A stretch of 64,000 nt of DNA from Candidatus Cybelea sp. (GCA_035603235.1 DATNKU010000032.1:2249-66248); one strand, 5' to 3'; counted from the stretch's first letter, positions 1 through 9,362 are shown. Notes: generated by a model not told the origin, from the letters alone. Program-made: numbers and translations.

Positions 1-1
1 T

Positions 2-145
2 GATTTAGATCGACTACGCGATGGGTTGACCCGAACATACGACCTGTTGGATCCCGTTCTCGGCAAGAGTGGTCCGTACACGGGACGTTGGCGTTTACGA
101 CTGAACGTCTCGGCTGATGAGCTGGAATCTATCAGGCAGACATGA
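2..145 (+). CDS. partial CDS (3' end only, runs off the window); probable AbiEi-type antitoxin
   Basis: Frame is open from the window edge (DLDRLRDGLTRTYDLLDPVLGKSGPYTGRWRLRLNVSADELESIRQT*). Its TGA (143-145) overlaps the ATG at 142 (ATGA), the coupled arrangement typical of AbiEi/AbiEii pairs. Identity is inferred from context only. Confidence 0.4.
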   Translation, partial: DLDRLRDGLTRTYDLLDPVLGKSGPYTGRWRLRLNVSADELESIRQT

Positions 146-972
146 TCCCACAGCGAAAGATCTCGATTCTCTCAAATAGGCTTGCTCGCGAAGGCGGCCG
201 GCGCATTCCGGAGGCGGTACTTGAGCGTGACTACTGTCTGGCATGGTTCTTAGCGATGCTCGCGCGATCTCCCTTGAAGCCGATTCTCGCTTTCAAAGGT
301 GGGACAGCGCTAAAGCGCTGTTACTTTGACAACTATCGGTTTTCCGAAGATCTCGATTTCACGCTACTCCAGCCGATAGAGCTCGAGGAAATTCTAAAAC
401 ACCTAGAAACCTTGTACGCCGAGATCCGCAACGCTTCGGGAATCGCGTTTGCATTCGACCGACTCGACCGGCACGGGCATACGAATAGCCACACGTTCTA
501 TCTGAGGTACACCGGGCCGTTGCCCGGTGAAAACTCAGTCAAAGTCGACATAACAATCACTGAACATATAACTCGACCATGTGAGGAGCGTGTCGTCCTA
601 CGATCGTATCCGGAATTCGAGGATGTGCCGGAAGGACGCGCAATCACCATTTATTCCCTGGCTGAAATTGCCATCGAAAAAATAGTCGCGCTCATGGACG
701 CGGCACGAACTGAACCAAGAGATCTCTATGATCTGTGGTATCTCACAACTGAGGGTGGCGTAGATCTCCTGTTGGTTCATGACGGAATTCGGGAGAAGCT
801 GCGCTTTCGCGACAAGCTGTTTGTGGGCATTCAGAGCGCTGTCGCAGCAAAAGAGGCTCGACTTCGGGCGCTGTGGATAGCTCGATTGGCGCACCAAATG
901 TCGATTTTGCCGGAATTCGACGGTGTTTTTCGTTCAGTTCGGCAGAAGCTACGCGAAGCGGAGCTGCCCTAA
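142..972 (+). CDS. AbiEii/AbiGii-family nucleotidyltransferase toxin (type IV toxin-antitoxin / abortive infection)
   Basis: 276-aa ORF. The N-terminal block KGGTALKRCYF..YRFSEDLDF matches the DUF1814/AbiEii nucleotidyltransferase signature. Start/stop overlap with the upstream ORF. Confidence 0.8.
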   Translation: MIPQRKISILSNRLAREGGRRIPEAVLERDYCLAWFLAMLARSPLKPILAFKGGTALKRCYFDNYRFSEDLDFTLLQPIELEEILKHLETLYAEIRNASGIAFAFDRLDRHGHTNSHTFYLRYTGPLPGENSVKVDITITEHITRPCEERVVLRSYPEFEDVPEGRAITIYSLAEIAIEKIVALMDAARTEPRDLYDLWYLTTEGGVDLLLVHDGIREKLRFRDKLFVGIQSAVAAKEARLRALWIARLAHQMSILPEFDGVFRSVRQKLREAELP

Positions 973-1033
973 AGCGATTCTCGCGTTCGGTGAAAGTAGA
1001 TTGCTTGCAACATGGCCGCGGAAGGGACGCAGG

Positions 1034-1864
1034 ATGGCCAGACAAGCTGAAAAGGCGAAGCGACTGCAACCGCTCCCCGAGACGTTGCGGCGTTTGTTCC
1101 TCACTTCAGGGAATGTATGTGCGTTCCCGGGTTGCCGAGAACTAATGATCGATTTGGCCGGCCATTTTGTTGGTCAGCTCTGCCACATTGAGGCTGCGGA
1201 ACCGGGGGGCGAGAGGTTCAACCGTTTCATGACAAATGAACAAAGGCGGGCGTTCGAAAACCTGATGCTCATGTGTCATGGACACCATGTGATCACAAAT
1301 GATGTAGAGCAATATTCCGTGAGCAAGCTCAAAGATATGAAGGTGAATCACGAGACAATGTTTTCCGATCCTGCAGTTGCTATGGTTCGGGTATTGGAGG
1401 ACGTGACCGCCAAGACGGAGAGTCGCAAGGCGCGATCGTTGAAACGTCTAAACGAAGTGCTTGCTTGGGGTCTTGACGATCATGAGCTGGAGGACAGCGC
1501 AAAATTGTTAAACGGTCTGGCGTCACGGCTACAAAATCTTCCGAAAAACGCTCGGGTACTTGTCAGAATCATTGTAGAGCGCGCCGGGTCGGTTAGGAGA
1601 CGCGGACAGCGTCCTGAGCTACCTTTTGTCGAATTAGCCGAGTCATGCAATTTTGATCAGGGTGAGATTTCGCGTTTGATCCAGATTCTGGAGCGCCACG
1701 GTTTCGCGCAGGTATGGGAAGGTGAGGGTCCGAGTGAAACCGTTGGCTTGAACGAATCCCACGATTATCCGTCCATGTGGTTCGACTTTTTGAAATTTTC
1801 GAGAAAGATGGGGATTCCGCTCAAGTCGATTATCGACGACGTGCAATTTCATCTTCTCGACTGA
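1034..1864 (+). CDS. HNH-motif nuclease-like protein with a C-terminal helix-turn-helix-like region
   Basis: Track ORF 923..1864 trimmed to the ATG at 1034, which is preceded by GGAAGGGA. Motif CAFPGC..(x15)..CHIEAAEPGGERFN..(x13)..NLMLMCHGHH fits the Cys-box plus H-N-H pattern. The C-terminal segment ISRLIQILERHGFAQV looks like a winged-helix recognition helix. Confidence 0.6.
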   Translation: MARQAEKAKRLQPLPETLRRLFLTSGNVCAFPGCRELMIDLAGHFVGQLCHIEAAEPGGERFNRFMTNEQRRAFENLMLMCHGHHVITNDVEQYSVSKLKDMKVNHETMFSDPAVAMVRVLEDVTAKTESRKARSLKRLNEVLAWGLDDHELEDSAKLLNGLASRLQNLPKNARVLVRIIVERAGSVRRRGQRPELPFVELAESCNFDQGEISRLIQILERHGFAQVWEGEGPSETVGLNESHDYPSMWFDFLKFSRKMGIPLKSIIDDVQFHLLD

Positions 1865-2289
1865 GGCCAAGTCTTCGTTAGCACAGCCACCGCGCAGGGG
1901 AAATATGTTCGACGGTATTCACAGGCGACCTTCTGTGCTCAGAGCTGCGCCATTTTCCACGATTTTCCAACTAGAGGACGGCTTGCCGCAGTTCAACGCC
2001 GCCAGATCAGCGTGTTAGGGTTCACTAGGTGAGCTTGGGAAGCTCCTGTACTGCCTTTGTACGACGCCCGCTCAGCCTCAAATCCAAACGCAGAATACCA
2101 CCGCCGCCGCGCGCCAGGCAAGAATGCAAAACGCTCGCGCTCGCTCTGAACGACTCGTCTATATTCCCTCGTTCCGGTGACCAGCCTCGAGATCGCACCT
2201 TCCGCGCTTTGGCCAAGAAGGATTCAGCGATTCGTTGCGCACAACGCTCCGTGCTAAAGTGGGCCGCTCAAGCGGATCAGGGAGGGGAA

Positions 2290-3759
2290 GTGGCTTACGG
2301 AAATTTGCGGGATTTTCTAAAAAAACTGGAGAAGGAAGGCGAGCTCCAGCGGATTTCGGCTGAAATCGATCCGGTCCTCGAGATCACGGAGGTCTCTGAT
2401 CGCGCGGTCAAGGCCGGAGGCCCGGCGCTGCTTTTTGAGCATCCCCGAGGATCGCGAATTCCGGCGGTCACCAATCTTGTTGGCACCGAGCGGCGCATGA
2501 ATTTGGCCTTGGAAGTCGATTCGCTTGATGAGATCGCCGGGCGCATCTCATCCATTCTCGACATGCAGTCGCCGCAAGGGCTGCTCGACAAAGTGAAGAT
2601 GCTGCCGAAACTCGCCGAGCTTGGCAATGTCTTCCCGAAAACCGTGCGGAGCGGCGAGTGCCAGGAAGTCGTGCGCACCGAAGGTTTCTCGCTTTTTGAT
2701 TTCCCGATCCTGCAGTGCTGGCCGCAAGACGGCGGCCGCTACATCACCTGGCCCATGGTCATTACCAAGAATCCCGAGACCGGCAAGCGAAACGTGGGCT
2801 GCTATCGCATGCAGGTGTTCGATCACAAAACGACGGGGATGCACTGGCAGACCCAAAAGCACGGCGCCGAACATTACCGGAGCGCGCGTTCCCGGGAGCA
2901 AGGCGGACGGCTCGAGGTGGCCGTGGCCATCGGCGCGGACCCCGCCACATGCTTCAGCGGCATTCTGCCGGTACCGCCCGACATGGACGAATTTCTTTTT
3001 TCGGGCTTCCTGCGCAACGATCCTGTCGAGCTGGTGGCATGCAAGACAGTCGATCTTGAAGTTCCGGCAAACGCCGAGATCGTACTCGAGGGTCATGTCG
3101 AACTCGGAGAGATGCGAACCGAAGGTCCGTTCGGTGACCACACCGGCTTCTACTCGCTGGAAGGCGAGTACCCGGTATTTCACGTCGATTGCGTGACCCA
3201 CCGCAAAGATCCCGTATATCTCACGACCATCGTCGGGCCTCCACCGCAAGAGGACTATTTTATCGGCCACATGATCGAGCGGGTGTTTCTGCCGGTCATG
3301 AAGATGCAGCATCCCGAGATCGTCGATGTGGCTATGCCGGCCGAAGGTATTTTTCAGAATCTGATGATCGTGTCCATCCGCAAGAGCTATCCGGGACACG
3401 CTCGGAAAACAATGAATGCGATCTGGTCGCTCGGCCAGGCCATGTTTACGAAGGTCGTGGTGATCGTGGACCACGACGTCAACGTGCAGGATTCGCGCGA
3501 AGTAGTCTGGAAGGCACTGTGCGCGATCGATCCGGAGCGCGATATTGCTTTCGTGCTCGGTCCCGTCGACACGCTTGACCATGCTGCCAGGCGTCAGGAC
3601 TTTGGCTCGAAGATGGGGATCGATGCGACCCGCAAATGGCCCGAGGAAGGCTTTGCCGGGCGCTGGCCCGACGAGATCAAAATGGATGCAGACACAAAAC
3701 GGCGCATCGATTCAATCTGGAAACAATTAAAGATTGTCCAGGGCAAACACAAAGCGTAG
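2290..3759 (+). CDS. ubiD: UbiD-family prenyl-FMN-dependent decarboxylase (quinone biosynthesis type)
   Basis: Track ORF 2029..3759 trimmed to the GTG at 2290, preceded by GGAGGGGAA. The N-terminus NLRDFLKKLEKEGELQRISAEIDP is the usual UbiD start. Conserved blocks GCYRMQV, WQTQKHG and GPFGDHTGFY are present. The quinone pathway it serves cannot be told from sequence alone. Confidence 0.85.
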   Translation: MAYGNLRDFLKKLEKEGELQRISAEIDPVLEITEVSDRAVKAGGPALLFEHPRGSRIPAVTNLVGTERRMNLALEVDSLDEIAGRISSILDMQSPQGLLDKVKMLPKLAELGNVFPKTVRSGECQEVVRTEGFSLFDFPILQCWPQDGGRYITWPMVITKNPETGKRNVGCYRMQVFDHKTTGMHWQTQKHGAEHYRSARSREQGGRLEVAVAIGADPATCFSGILPVPPDMDEFLFSGFLRNDPVELVACKTVDLEVPANAEIVLEGHVELGEMRTEGPFGDHTGFYSLEGEYPVFHVDCVTHRKDPVYLTTIVGPPPQEDYFIGHMIERVFLPVMKMQHPEIVDVAMPAEGIFQNLMIVSIRKSYPGHARKTMNAIWSLGQAMFTKVVVIVDHDVNVQDSREVVWKALCAIDPERDIAFVLGPVDTLDHAARRQDFGSKMGIDATRKWPEEGFAGRWPDEIKMDADTKRRIDSIWKQLKIVQGKHKA

Positions 3760-3808
3760 GTCCCAAACCCCTTCCAAACCCCGTGTTCCCCTGATTTCCC
3801 TGCGTTTT

Positions 3809-3838
3809 CGGCCCTTCCTGTACCCCGGGCCGGGTTTT
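3809..3838 (+). terminator. weak candidate intrinsic terminator after ubiD
   Basis: CGGCCC (3809-3814) pairs with GGGCCG (3827-3832) over a 12-nt loop, followed by GGTTTTA. The large loop and short T-tract give low confidence. Confidence 0.25.
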
Positions 3839-3867
3839 ACCAAAAGCACACGCACCTAACATGTGGG

Positions 3868-3896
3868 TTGACACTGTGAGTTGCGGATGCAATAAA
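3868..3896 (+). promoter_or_regulatory. candidate sigma70-type promoter for the pilMNOPQ operon
   Basis: TTGACA (3868-3873), a 17-nt spacer, then AATAAA (3891-3896, 4/6 match to TATAAT). It lies about 190 nt upstream of the pilM ATG. Confidence 0.3.
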
Positions 3897-4085
3897 CGAT
3901 TCAAGGAGAGCGTACCGGGTCTATCAGTACTACCGGCCTGCGCTCACCGGATCGATCCCCAAAGGGGTTGGGGAGCACCAGAACCCAAGGGCAGCGGGGT
4001 TTTCCTGAAACGGCGCGCGACTCGGTAAAGCTATGTGGAATCCGCCCTGTAAAACGGCGCGGAGCAAGAAGCGAGGGGCCACACG

Positions 4086-5138
4086 ATGTTTAATCTGGGT
4101 AAATCAAAAGCGTTAATTGGCCTGGACATTGGCTCAAGTTCGGTGAAGGCCGTCGAATTGAAGAAGGTAAAAGACGGCTATGAGCTGGTGAGCTATGGCC
4201 TGGAGCCTCTGTCCCAGGACACCGTCGTGGACGGCGCCATCATGGACGCGCCTTCGGTGGCGGAAAAGATCATTTCGATATTCGACGCGCAGAAGATCAA
4301 GGTGAAAGACGTGGCCACGTCCGTGTCGGGCCATTCGGTGATCGTCAAGCGGGTAAGCATGCCCCTGATGACCGAAGAGGAGCTCTTTGACCGGATACAG
4401 GCCGAAGCGAGCCAGCACATCCCGTTCGACATCGCCGACGTCAATCTGAGCTACCAGCTGCTGGAAGCAACCGAAAATCAGATGGATGTCCTGCTGGTGG
4501 CGGTCAAGAAAGACAAGATCCTGAACCACACAAACGTTCTCGCGCAGGCCGGCAAGACCCCGGTTGTGGTCGACATCGATGCCTTTGCCCTGCAAAACAG
4601 CTTTGAAGTGAACTACGAACCGGATCCTTCGCAGGTCGTGGCTCTTTTGAATGTCGGCGCGAGCGTGATGAACATCAACATCATCCGCGGATGGACGCCA
4701 CTGTTCACTCGCGACGTCTCAGTCGGAGGCAATCAGTATACCGATGCACTGCAGAAAGAACTCGACCTGAGCTTCGAAGACGCCGAAAAACTGAAAATGG
4801 GCGGAACCCTGGCGGGAGTCAGCGAAGAGCAGCGTTCGGCCATCCTGCGCTCGGTCTCGGATATTTTGATCCTGGAAATCCAGAAGACGTTTGATTTCTT
4901 CCGCGCGACGGCCAGCGGCGAGAACATCCGCCGAATCGTTGTTGCCGGGGGAACTGCGCGGGTTCCCGGACTGCTCGACCTGCTGAAGGAAGAATTCGCC
5001 ATGCCGGTCGAGGAGCTCTATCCATTTCGCAAGGTGGCAATCAATCCAGGGCGTCACGATGAAACCCAGCTTCGCGAGTTGGCGCCGCGCCTGGCAATCG
5101 CCGTCGGCCTGGCGCTGAGGAGCTTTGACACGCTATGA
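4086..5138 (+). CDS. pilM: type IV pilus assembly protein PilM (actin-like ATPase fold)
   Basis: 350 aa. GLDIGSSSVKAVEL phosphate-1-like motif, VVDIDAFALQN and NVGASVMNINI blocks. First gene of a pilMNOPQ string, with an ATGA overlap into pilN. Confidence 0.9.
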   Translation: MFNLGKSKALIGLDIGSSSVKAVELKKVKDGYELVSYGLEPLSQDTVVDGAIMDAPSVAEKIISIFDAQKIKVKDVATSVSGHSVIVKRVSMPLMTEEELFDRIQAEASQHIPFDIADVNLSYQLLEATENQMDVLLVAVKKDKILNHTNVLAQAGKTPVVVDIDAFALQNSFEVNYEPDPSQVVALLNVGASVMNINIIRGWTPLFTRDVSVGGNQYTDALQKELDLSFEDAEKLKMGGTLAGVSEEQRSAILRSVSDILILEIQKTFDFFRATASGENIRRIVVAGGTARVPGLLDLLKEEFAMPVEELYPFRKVAINPGRHDETQLRELAPRLAIAVGLALRSFDTL

Positions 5139-5773
5139 TCCGGATTAACTTACTCGGCCAAACTCGTCCTAAGGCCGCCAAGCAAGCCGTGCCGCTGGAA
5201 GCCACTGTACAGATTCTGTTCGCAGCCGTGGCGATCGGGCTCGCGGTCGTCATTCTGGGAATCGTCTACTACCAGCAGAAAAGTCAGCTGGACGAGACCA
5301 ACAAGCGCATCGCTGCCCTGAAGGCGGAAAAGGCCAGCCTGCAACAGATCAAGCTCGATGTGGACCGCTTCGAGAGCGAGAAGAGCGCTCTGCAGCAGCG
5401 CATCGACGTGATCGAGACGCTGCAGCGCAACCGCAGCGGCGCGCAGGACATGCTCCAGATGGTTGCCAACACCGTCGTCCGAATCGACTCGCTCTGGCTT
5501 ACCTCTCTGGACCGCAAGGGCGACACCCTGGAATTGCAGGGTGAGGCGGGATCGATCAACGCTGTCGCCAATTTCATCACGGAATTGAAGAAATCGGGCT
5601 ATTTCAACCAGGTAGAAATAAAGAGCGCCAAAGAGAACGACCTCTTGCCTGGCGTCGAGACCTATGGCTTCACGATGACCGTCGCCATTGCTCCTGCGAC
5701 AGGCGGTCCGGCGAAACCCGAATCTGTCGGTACACCGCAGTCCCCGCAACCGGCGGCCAAGGGAAGGAGCTAA
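5135..5773 (+). CDS. pilN: type IV pilus assembly protein PilN
   Basis: 212 aa. N-terminal MIRINLLGQ motif, one TM helix and a coiled-coil segment. Position between pilM and pilO. Confidence 0.8.
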   Translation: MIRINLLGQTRPKAAKQAVPLEATVQILFAAVAIGLAVVILGIVYYQQKSQLDETNKRIAALKAEKASLQQIKLDVDRFESEKSALQQRIDVIETLQRNRSGAQDMLQMVANTVVRIDSLWLTSLDRKGDTLELQGEAGSINAVANFITELKKSGYFNQVEIKSAKENDLLPGVETYGFTMTVAIAPATGGPAKPESVGTPQSPQPAAKGRS

Positions 5774-5776
5774 GCC

Positions 5777-6397
5777 ATGGCAACATCTTTCCGAGACTGG
5801 CCCTGGCCGCTGCAAGCCCTGCTCTATGTGGGATTGACGATCGTCCTGGTTCTGGCCGGACTCTATATCCCGGGTTTGCCGCTGGCGACTGTCCGAACAC
5901 AGCTTGAGGCTGCGCAGGCCGAAGTCAAACCGCTTGAGTCCGATGTACAGAACCTTCGCGTGTACAAACAGCGGCGCGCAGAGCTGCAAACCGAAATGGA
6001 TGCGCTGCAAAAGCAGCTCGCAACCCTGCAAACAATCGTCCCTGAGGACAAAGAGACCGATCAGTTCATCCTGATGGTCCAGCGTGCCGCCATCACCTCG
6101 GGCGTCGCGATCCGCTCACTCACCGCGGGCGCCGTTGCGCAAAAGCCCTACTACTTTGAAATGCCTTTCGCAATTGAGGCCGACGGCCCTTATTACGCGG
6201 TCCTTGATTTCTTCTCAAGGCTGGGACGCCTGTCGCGGATCATCAACGTGGGCGACCTGAAACTCGCGTCTCTGCCAGCTGGAGGCACGAAGTTCCACAT
6301 GGCCCCCGGAGCGTCTGTGAACGGGACATTTACGATCACCACCTTCTTCACGAATTCGGCGGAACAAAATGCGGCCCCAGCGCCGGCAAAAAAGTAG
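5777..6397 (+). CDS. pilO: type IV pilus assembly protein PilO
   Basis: 206 aa. N-terminal TM helix, a coiled coil (QAEVKPLESDVQNLRVYKQRRAELQTEMDALQKQL) and a C-terminal globular part. Operon position supports the call. Confidence 0.7.
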   Translation: MATSFRDWPWPLQALLYVGLTIVLVLAGLYIPGLPLATVRTQLEAAQAEVKPLESDVQNLRVYKQRRAELQTEMDALQKQLATLQTIVPEDKETDQFILMVQRAAITSGVAIRSLTAGAVAQKPYYFEMPFAIEADGPYYAVLDFFSRLGRLSRIINVGDLKLASLPAGGTKFHMAPGASVNGTFTITTFFTNSAEQNAAPAPAKK

Positions 6398-6401
6398 GGC
6401 G

Positions 6402-6953
6402 ATGACGATGAATATGGCAAACACATCCGCAAAGCTGCTCGCTGTAGTGGCCCTGGCCCTTCCGCTCGCAACTGGAGCGTGGGCGCAAGACGCACCCGCC
6501 ATGGCCATGAAAGCCCAGAGTCCCAAACCTGCGAAACCGCGCAAAGTGGCCAAGGCGGCGCAACACGCCAAAACCGCCCCGGCGGCAGGCGCAGGCGCGC
6601 AAGCTCCGGGGGACAAGATCGAAGCGGTCGGCAAACGCGACCCGTTCGCGCCGCTGATCAACGACAAGAAAGATACCGGTCAGCACCTGCCCCCAGGGAA
6701 AGCCGGCCTGGTAATCGCCACGGTGCGCGTCGACGGCGCCGTGCGTTCGGGTAATGCAATGATCGCGGTGGTTTCCAATCCGGAGCAGAGTGTGTACTTC
6801 ATCCGGGAAGGCGACCGGCTCTATGACGGTGATGTCGAAAAGATTGGGCTGGATGGAGTCACGTTTAAAGAGAATTCGAAGGACGCTTTCGGTAAACCGG
6901 TCGAGCGCATGGTGACGAAGCGAATCTACGCGAGTGCAGGAGAGCAGCAATGA
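6402..6953 (+). CDS. pilP: PilP-like pilus assembly protein (exported)
   Basis: Signal peptide LLAVVALALPLATGAWAQ, a K/A/P-rich linker, the RDPFAP motif and a beta-rich C-terminus. 4-nt overlap with pilQ. The start is ambiguous (6369, 6402, 6408 or 6414). Confidence 0.65.
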   Translation: MTMNMANTSAKLLAVVALALPLATGAWAQDAPAMAMKAQSPKPAKPRKVAKAAQHAKTAPAAGAGAQAPGDKIEAVGKRDPFAPLINDKKDTGQHLPPGKAGLVIATVRVDGAVRSGNAMIAVVSNPEQSVYFIREGDRLYDGDVEKIGLDGVTFKENSKDAFGKPVERMVTKRIYASAGEQQ

Positions 6954-9346
6954 GGATCCTACGGAGGGCGTTGGGACTGGGCGCGCTGCTTGCGGCCGGT
7001 CTAATTTTGACAAATGGAGCGCTACGGGCGAGTGATGCGCCGGTGGTTCACGTGAAGGCGGTGGTCAACGACGGCGCAGTCCGCTTGCAAGCGGACGCCA
7101 ATGCTCCGTTTGAATACTCGACCTATCGCCCCAGCGCGAGCCTCTACGTGCTCGATCTGACCGGTGTGTCCGCTGCAGATCCGGCGGGCGCGCGCGTGGT
7201 CGCATCGGACCTGGTGAAGAGCTACCGCCTGATTACCTATTCCTCGGGCGCAAAGCCAGTCGTTCGGCTTGAGATCCTGCTTGCCGAGGGCGTTGAGCCG
7301 AAGCTGGAACGGCAGGGTAGCGAAGACCTTACCTTGCTCGTCTCGCGTGCGGGGATCGTCCCCTCTGCGGACAGCTCCGTGCCTGCGACTACGAACGCGA
7401 CTCTCGTGCCCGTTTCCGCCAAAGCTTCGGCCTCAACTCCTTCGGCCCACCAGGCGATTCGCCAGGTGCATCTGGAGCAAAACGGAGCCTCGACCGAGGT
7501 CAGCATTTCAGGTTCGGGTCCGCTGACCTATCATTCGATTCAACTGCAGAATCCGGACCGACTTGTGCTCGATTTCGCCGGTTCGCACCTGACCACCAGT
7601 GAGAAGCAGATCGCGAGCAACCTTGATCCGGTCCGTGAAATCCGGCTGGCTCAATTTACGCCAGAGATTTCCAGAGTCGTTATTGATCTCCGCGAACCGG
7701 CCCGCTACAACATCAAGGGCGACGGAAGCACTGTGACCGTTTCTTTTGAGGCCAAAGGCGCAGCCGCAGCCGCGGCGCAGCCCGCCGATTCTGCGTCAAC
7801 GGTAACCACGAAATCCGAGGCAGTCCGGGCATCAACAGCGCCTGGCGAAATTCCTGCACCGGCCGCAGCTCTACCGGCTTCTATGACCCAGACCTCGGCC
7901 GCGCTTGCAACCCCGGTGGCAGCTCCTGTGAAGGAAGCGATCGAAACTGCTTCCAATACCGCACCGGCTCCCGCTCCGGCTCCGGCGCCAGTTGCCGCGG
8001 CTGCTCCTGCACCTGAAGCCGCACCGGCACCGATTGCTCAAACTCCGGGAGCAACGACAGTTGCGCCCGTAGGCAAGTATTCCGGTGAACCGATTTCGGT
8101 CAACCTGAAGGACGTCGATTTGCGCGACTTCTTCCGGCTGATCCATGAGATCAGCGGCCTGAACGTCGTCGTGGACCCGGGCGTGAAGGGCAACCTCACG
8201 ATCGTTCTCGATGATGTGCCGTGGGACCAGGCACTGGACATCGTGCTGAAGAACAACGATCTCGACAAACAGCTTGACGGAAATGTTCTCCGCCTGGCTA
8301 CCAAGGACACTCTGAGGAAAGAAGCGGACGAGAACCGCGACCTCGCGAAGGCTGTCGCCGAGTCAGCCGAGGTTGTTACCACCACGCGCGTCCTAAGCTA
8401 CGCTAAGGCAACGGCGCTTGCGGTCACACTCAAGAAATTCCTTTCGTCCCGCGGAGATATCATCGCCGACGACAGGTCCAACACCCTGATTATTCGCGAT
8501 ATCCCGACCACGCTCCCGGTTATGGACAACCTCATCCGGCAGCTTGACCGGAAGTCGCAGCAGGTGGAAATCGAAGCCCGCGTAGTTGAAGCAAACCGCT
8601 CCTTCTCGCGCGAAATCGGTACCCAGTTCGGCTTTGCGGGAGCCAATCCCAGCCGCAGTAACGTGGTTGGAGGCACCGGAGGCGTAGGCACTAGCCCGAT
8701 CACCCGAGGTCCGGGGCTGCCTACACCGCCAGTTGTCGTGAGCAGCAGCGGAGCGTCCTCAGGCAACACGATGCCGCTCGCATCAAACCTCCCGGCGAGC
8801 GTCCCGACCAGCGGTATTCAGTACGCCTTTTCGTCTGCGAACTTTGCCCTGGATATGATCATCACGGCAGCCGAACAGCGGGGCGTTGGCAAGCTGCTTT
8901 CAAAGCCCAAGGTGATCACGCAGAATAACGAAAAGGCGACCGTCAAGCAGGGAACCAAGATTCCGGTCCAGACGATCGTCAACAACACCGTCTCGGTCCA
9001 GTTCGTGGACGCCGTCCTTGAACTCGACGTGACTCCGCAAATCACCGCAGACGGCACAGTCTATATGGACGTTACGGTTGAAAACGACCAGATCGATGGC
9101 TCCATCCCACGCGTGCAGGGCATCCCTGCTATCGACACCCAGGCGGCTGAAACCAAGGTCACAGTGAACGACGGCGCGACCGTGGTTATCGGCGGCATCA
9201 TCGTGACGCAGCAGACGACGAACATTCAACAAGTACCGTTTGTCGGCAGCGTGCCGATACTGGGCAATCTGTTCAAGCACACGACCGTCAACTCCACTTC
9301 TCAGGAGCTGCTGTTCTTCCTGACTCCTCGCATTCTGCCAAGCTAG
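6950..9346 (+). CDS. pilQ: type IV pilus secretin PilQ with two AMIN-like N-terminal repeats
   Basis: 798 aa. Signal peptide, two similar about 100-aa N-terminal repeats (YSTYRPSASLYVLDL / LTYHSIQLQNPDRLVLDF) and a Pro/Ala linker. STN/secretin-N modules follow, then the secretin core ending VPFVGSVPILGNLFKH...LLFFLTPRIL. Confidence 0.9.
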   Translation: MRILRRALGLGALLAAGLILTNGALRASDAPVVHVKAVVNDGAVRLQADANAPFEYSTYRPSASLYVLDLTGVSAADPAGARVVASDLVKSYRLITYSSGAKPVVRLEILLAEGVEPKLERQGSEDLTLLVSRAGIVPSADSSVPATTNATLVPVSAKASASTPSAHQAIRQVHLEQNGASTEVSISGSGPLTYHSIQLQNPDRLVLDFAGSHLTTSEKQIASNLDPVREIRLAQFTPEISRVVIDLREPARYNIKGDGSTVTVSFEAKGAAAAAAQPADSASTVTTKSEAVRASTAPGEIPAPAAALPASMTQTSAALATPVAAPVKEAIETASNTAPAPAPAPAPVAAAAPAPEAAPAPIAQTPGATTVAPVGKYSGEPISVNLKDVDLRDFFRLIHEISGLNVVVDPGVKGNLTIVLDDVPWDQALDIVLKNNDLDKQLDGNVLRLATKDTLRKEADENRDLAKAVAESAEVVTTTRVLSYAKATALAVTLKKFLSSRGDIIADDRSNTLIIRDIPTTLPVMDNLIRQLDRKSQQVEIEARVVEANRSFSREIGTQFGFAGANPSRSNVVGGTGGVGTSPITRGPGLPTPPVVVSSSGASSGNTMPLASNLPASVPTSGIQYAFSSANFALDMIITAAEQRGVGKLLSKPKVITQNNEKATVKQGTKIPVQTIVNNTVSVQFVDAVLELDVTPQITADGTVYMDVTVENDQIDGSIPRVQGIPAIDTQAAETKVTVNDGATVVIGGIIVTQQTTNIQQVPFVGSVPILGNLFKHTTVNSTSQELLFFLTPRILPS

Positions 9347-9362
9347 CTAGTAGTCTGACAGC

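Noticed and set aside
1865-2289. Searched the 425-nt spacer after the AbiE/HNH islet for a tRNA gene or att-type repeat marking an integration site
   Set aside because: Only short hairpins were found (GAGCTT-GGG-AAGCTC at about 2030-2044). There is no cloverleaf and no repeat matching sequence at the window start. The left island border lies outside the window, so this cannot be evaluated.
2548-3582. Long ORFs antisense to well-supported genes. This 344-aa ORF is opposite ubiD. Similar cases are 11339..12649 (accC), 12223..13161 (thiE), 13528..14358 (permease), 18460..19266 (nnr) and 29086..30012 (hemY). Further cases are 34521..35267 (hemC), 40106..40951 and 41315..42193 (TonB-dependent receptor), 45245..46009 and 60873..61796 (aguA).
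   Set aside because: Their composition is Arg/Gly/Ala/His-rich and low-complexity, with no recognisable motifs. Each overlaps completely a gene with strong family signatures on the other strand. This is the shadow-ORF pattern expected in high-GC DNA.
3897-4085. c-di-GMP (GEMM-I/II) riboswitch in the pilM leader; the same idea was tested for 58314-58632
   Set aside because: Neither region contains the conserved GCAAAGCC/GGGACGCAAAGCC...GGUAGCGGGGUUACC-type elements as I recall them. Only generic hairpins are present.
7950-8045. Repetitive GCACCGGC/CCGGCTCC-type DNA in pilQ (and similar at about 63060-63240 in the TonB-C gene), considered as tandem repeats or a degenerate array
   Set aside because: These are in-frame Pro/Ala-rich linker codons (APAPAPAPVAAAAPAPEAAPAP) inside well-supported genes. 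They have no regular repeat-spacer periodicity.
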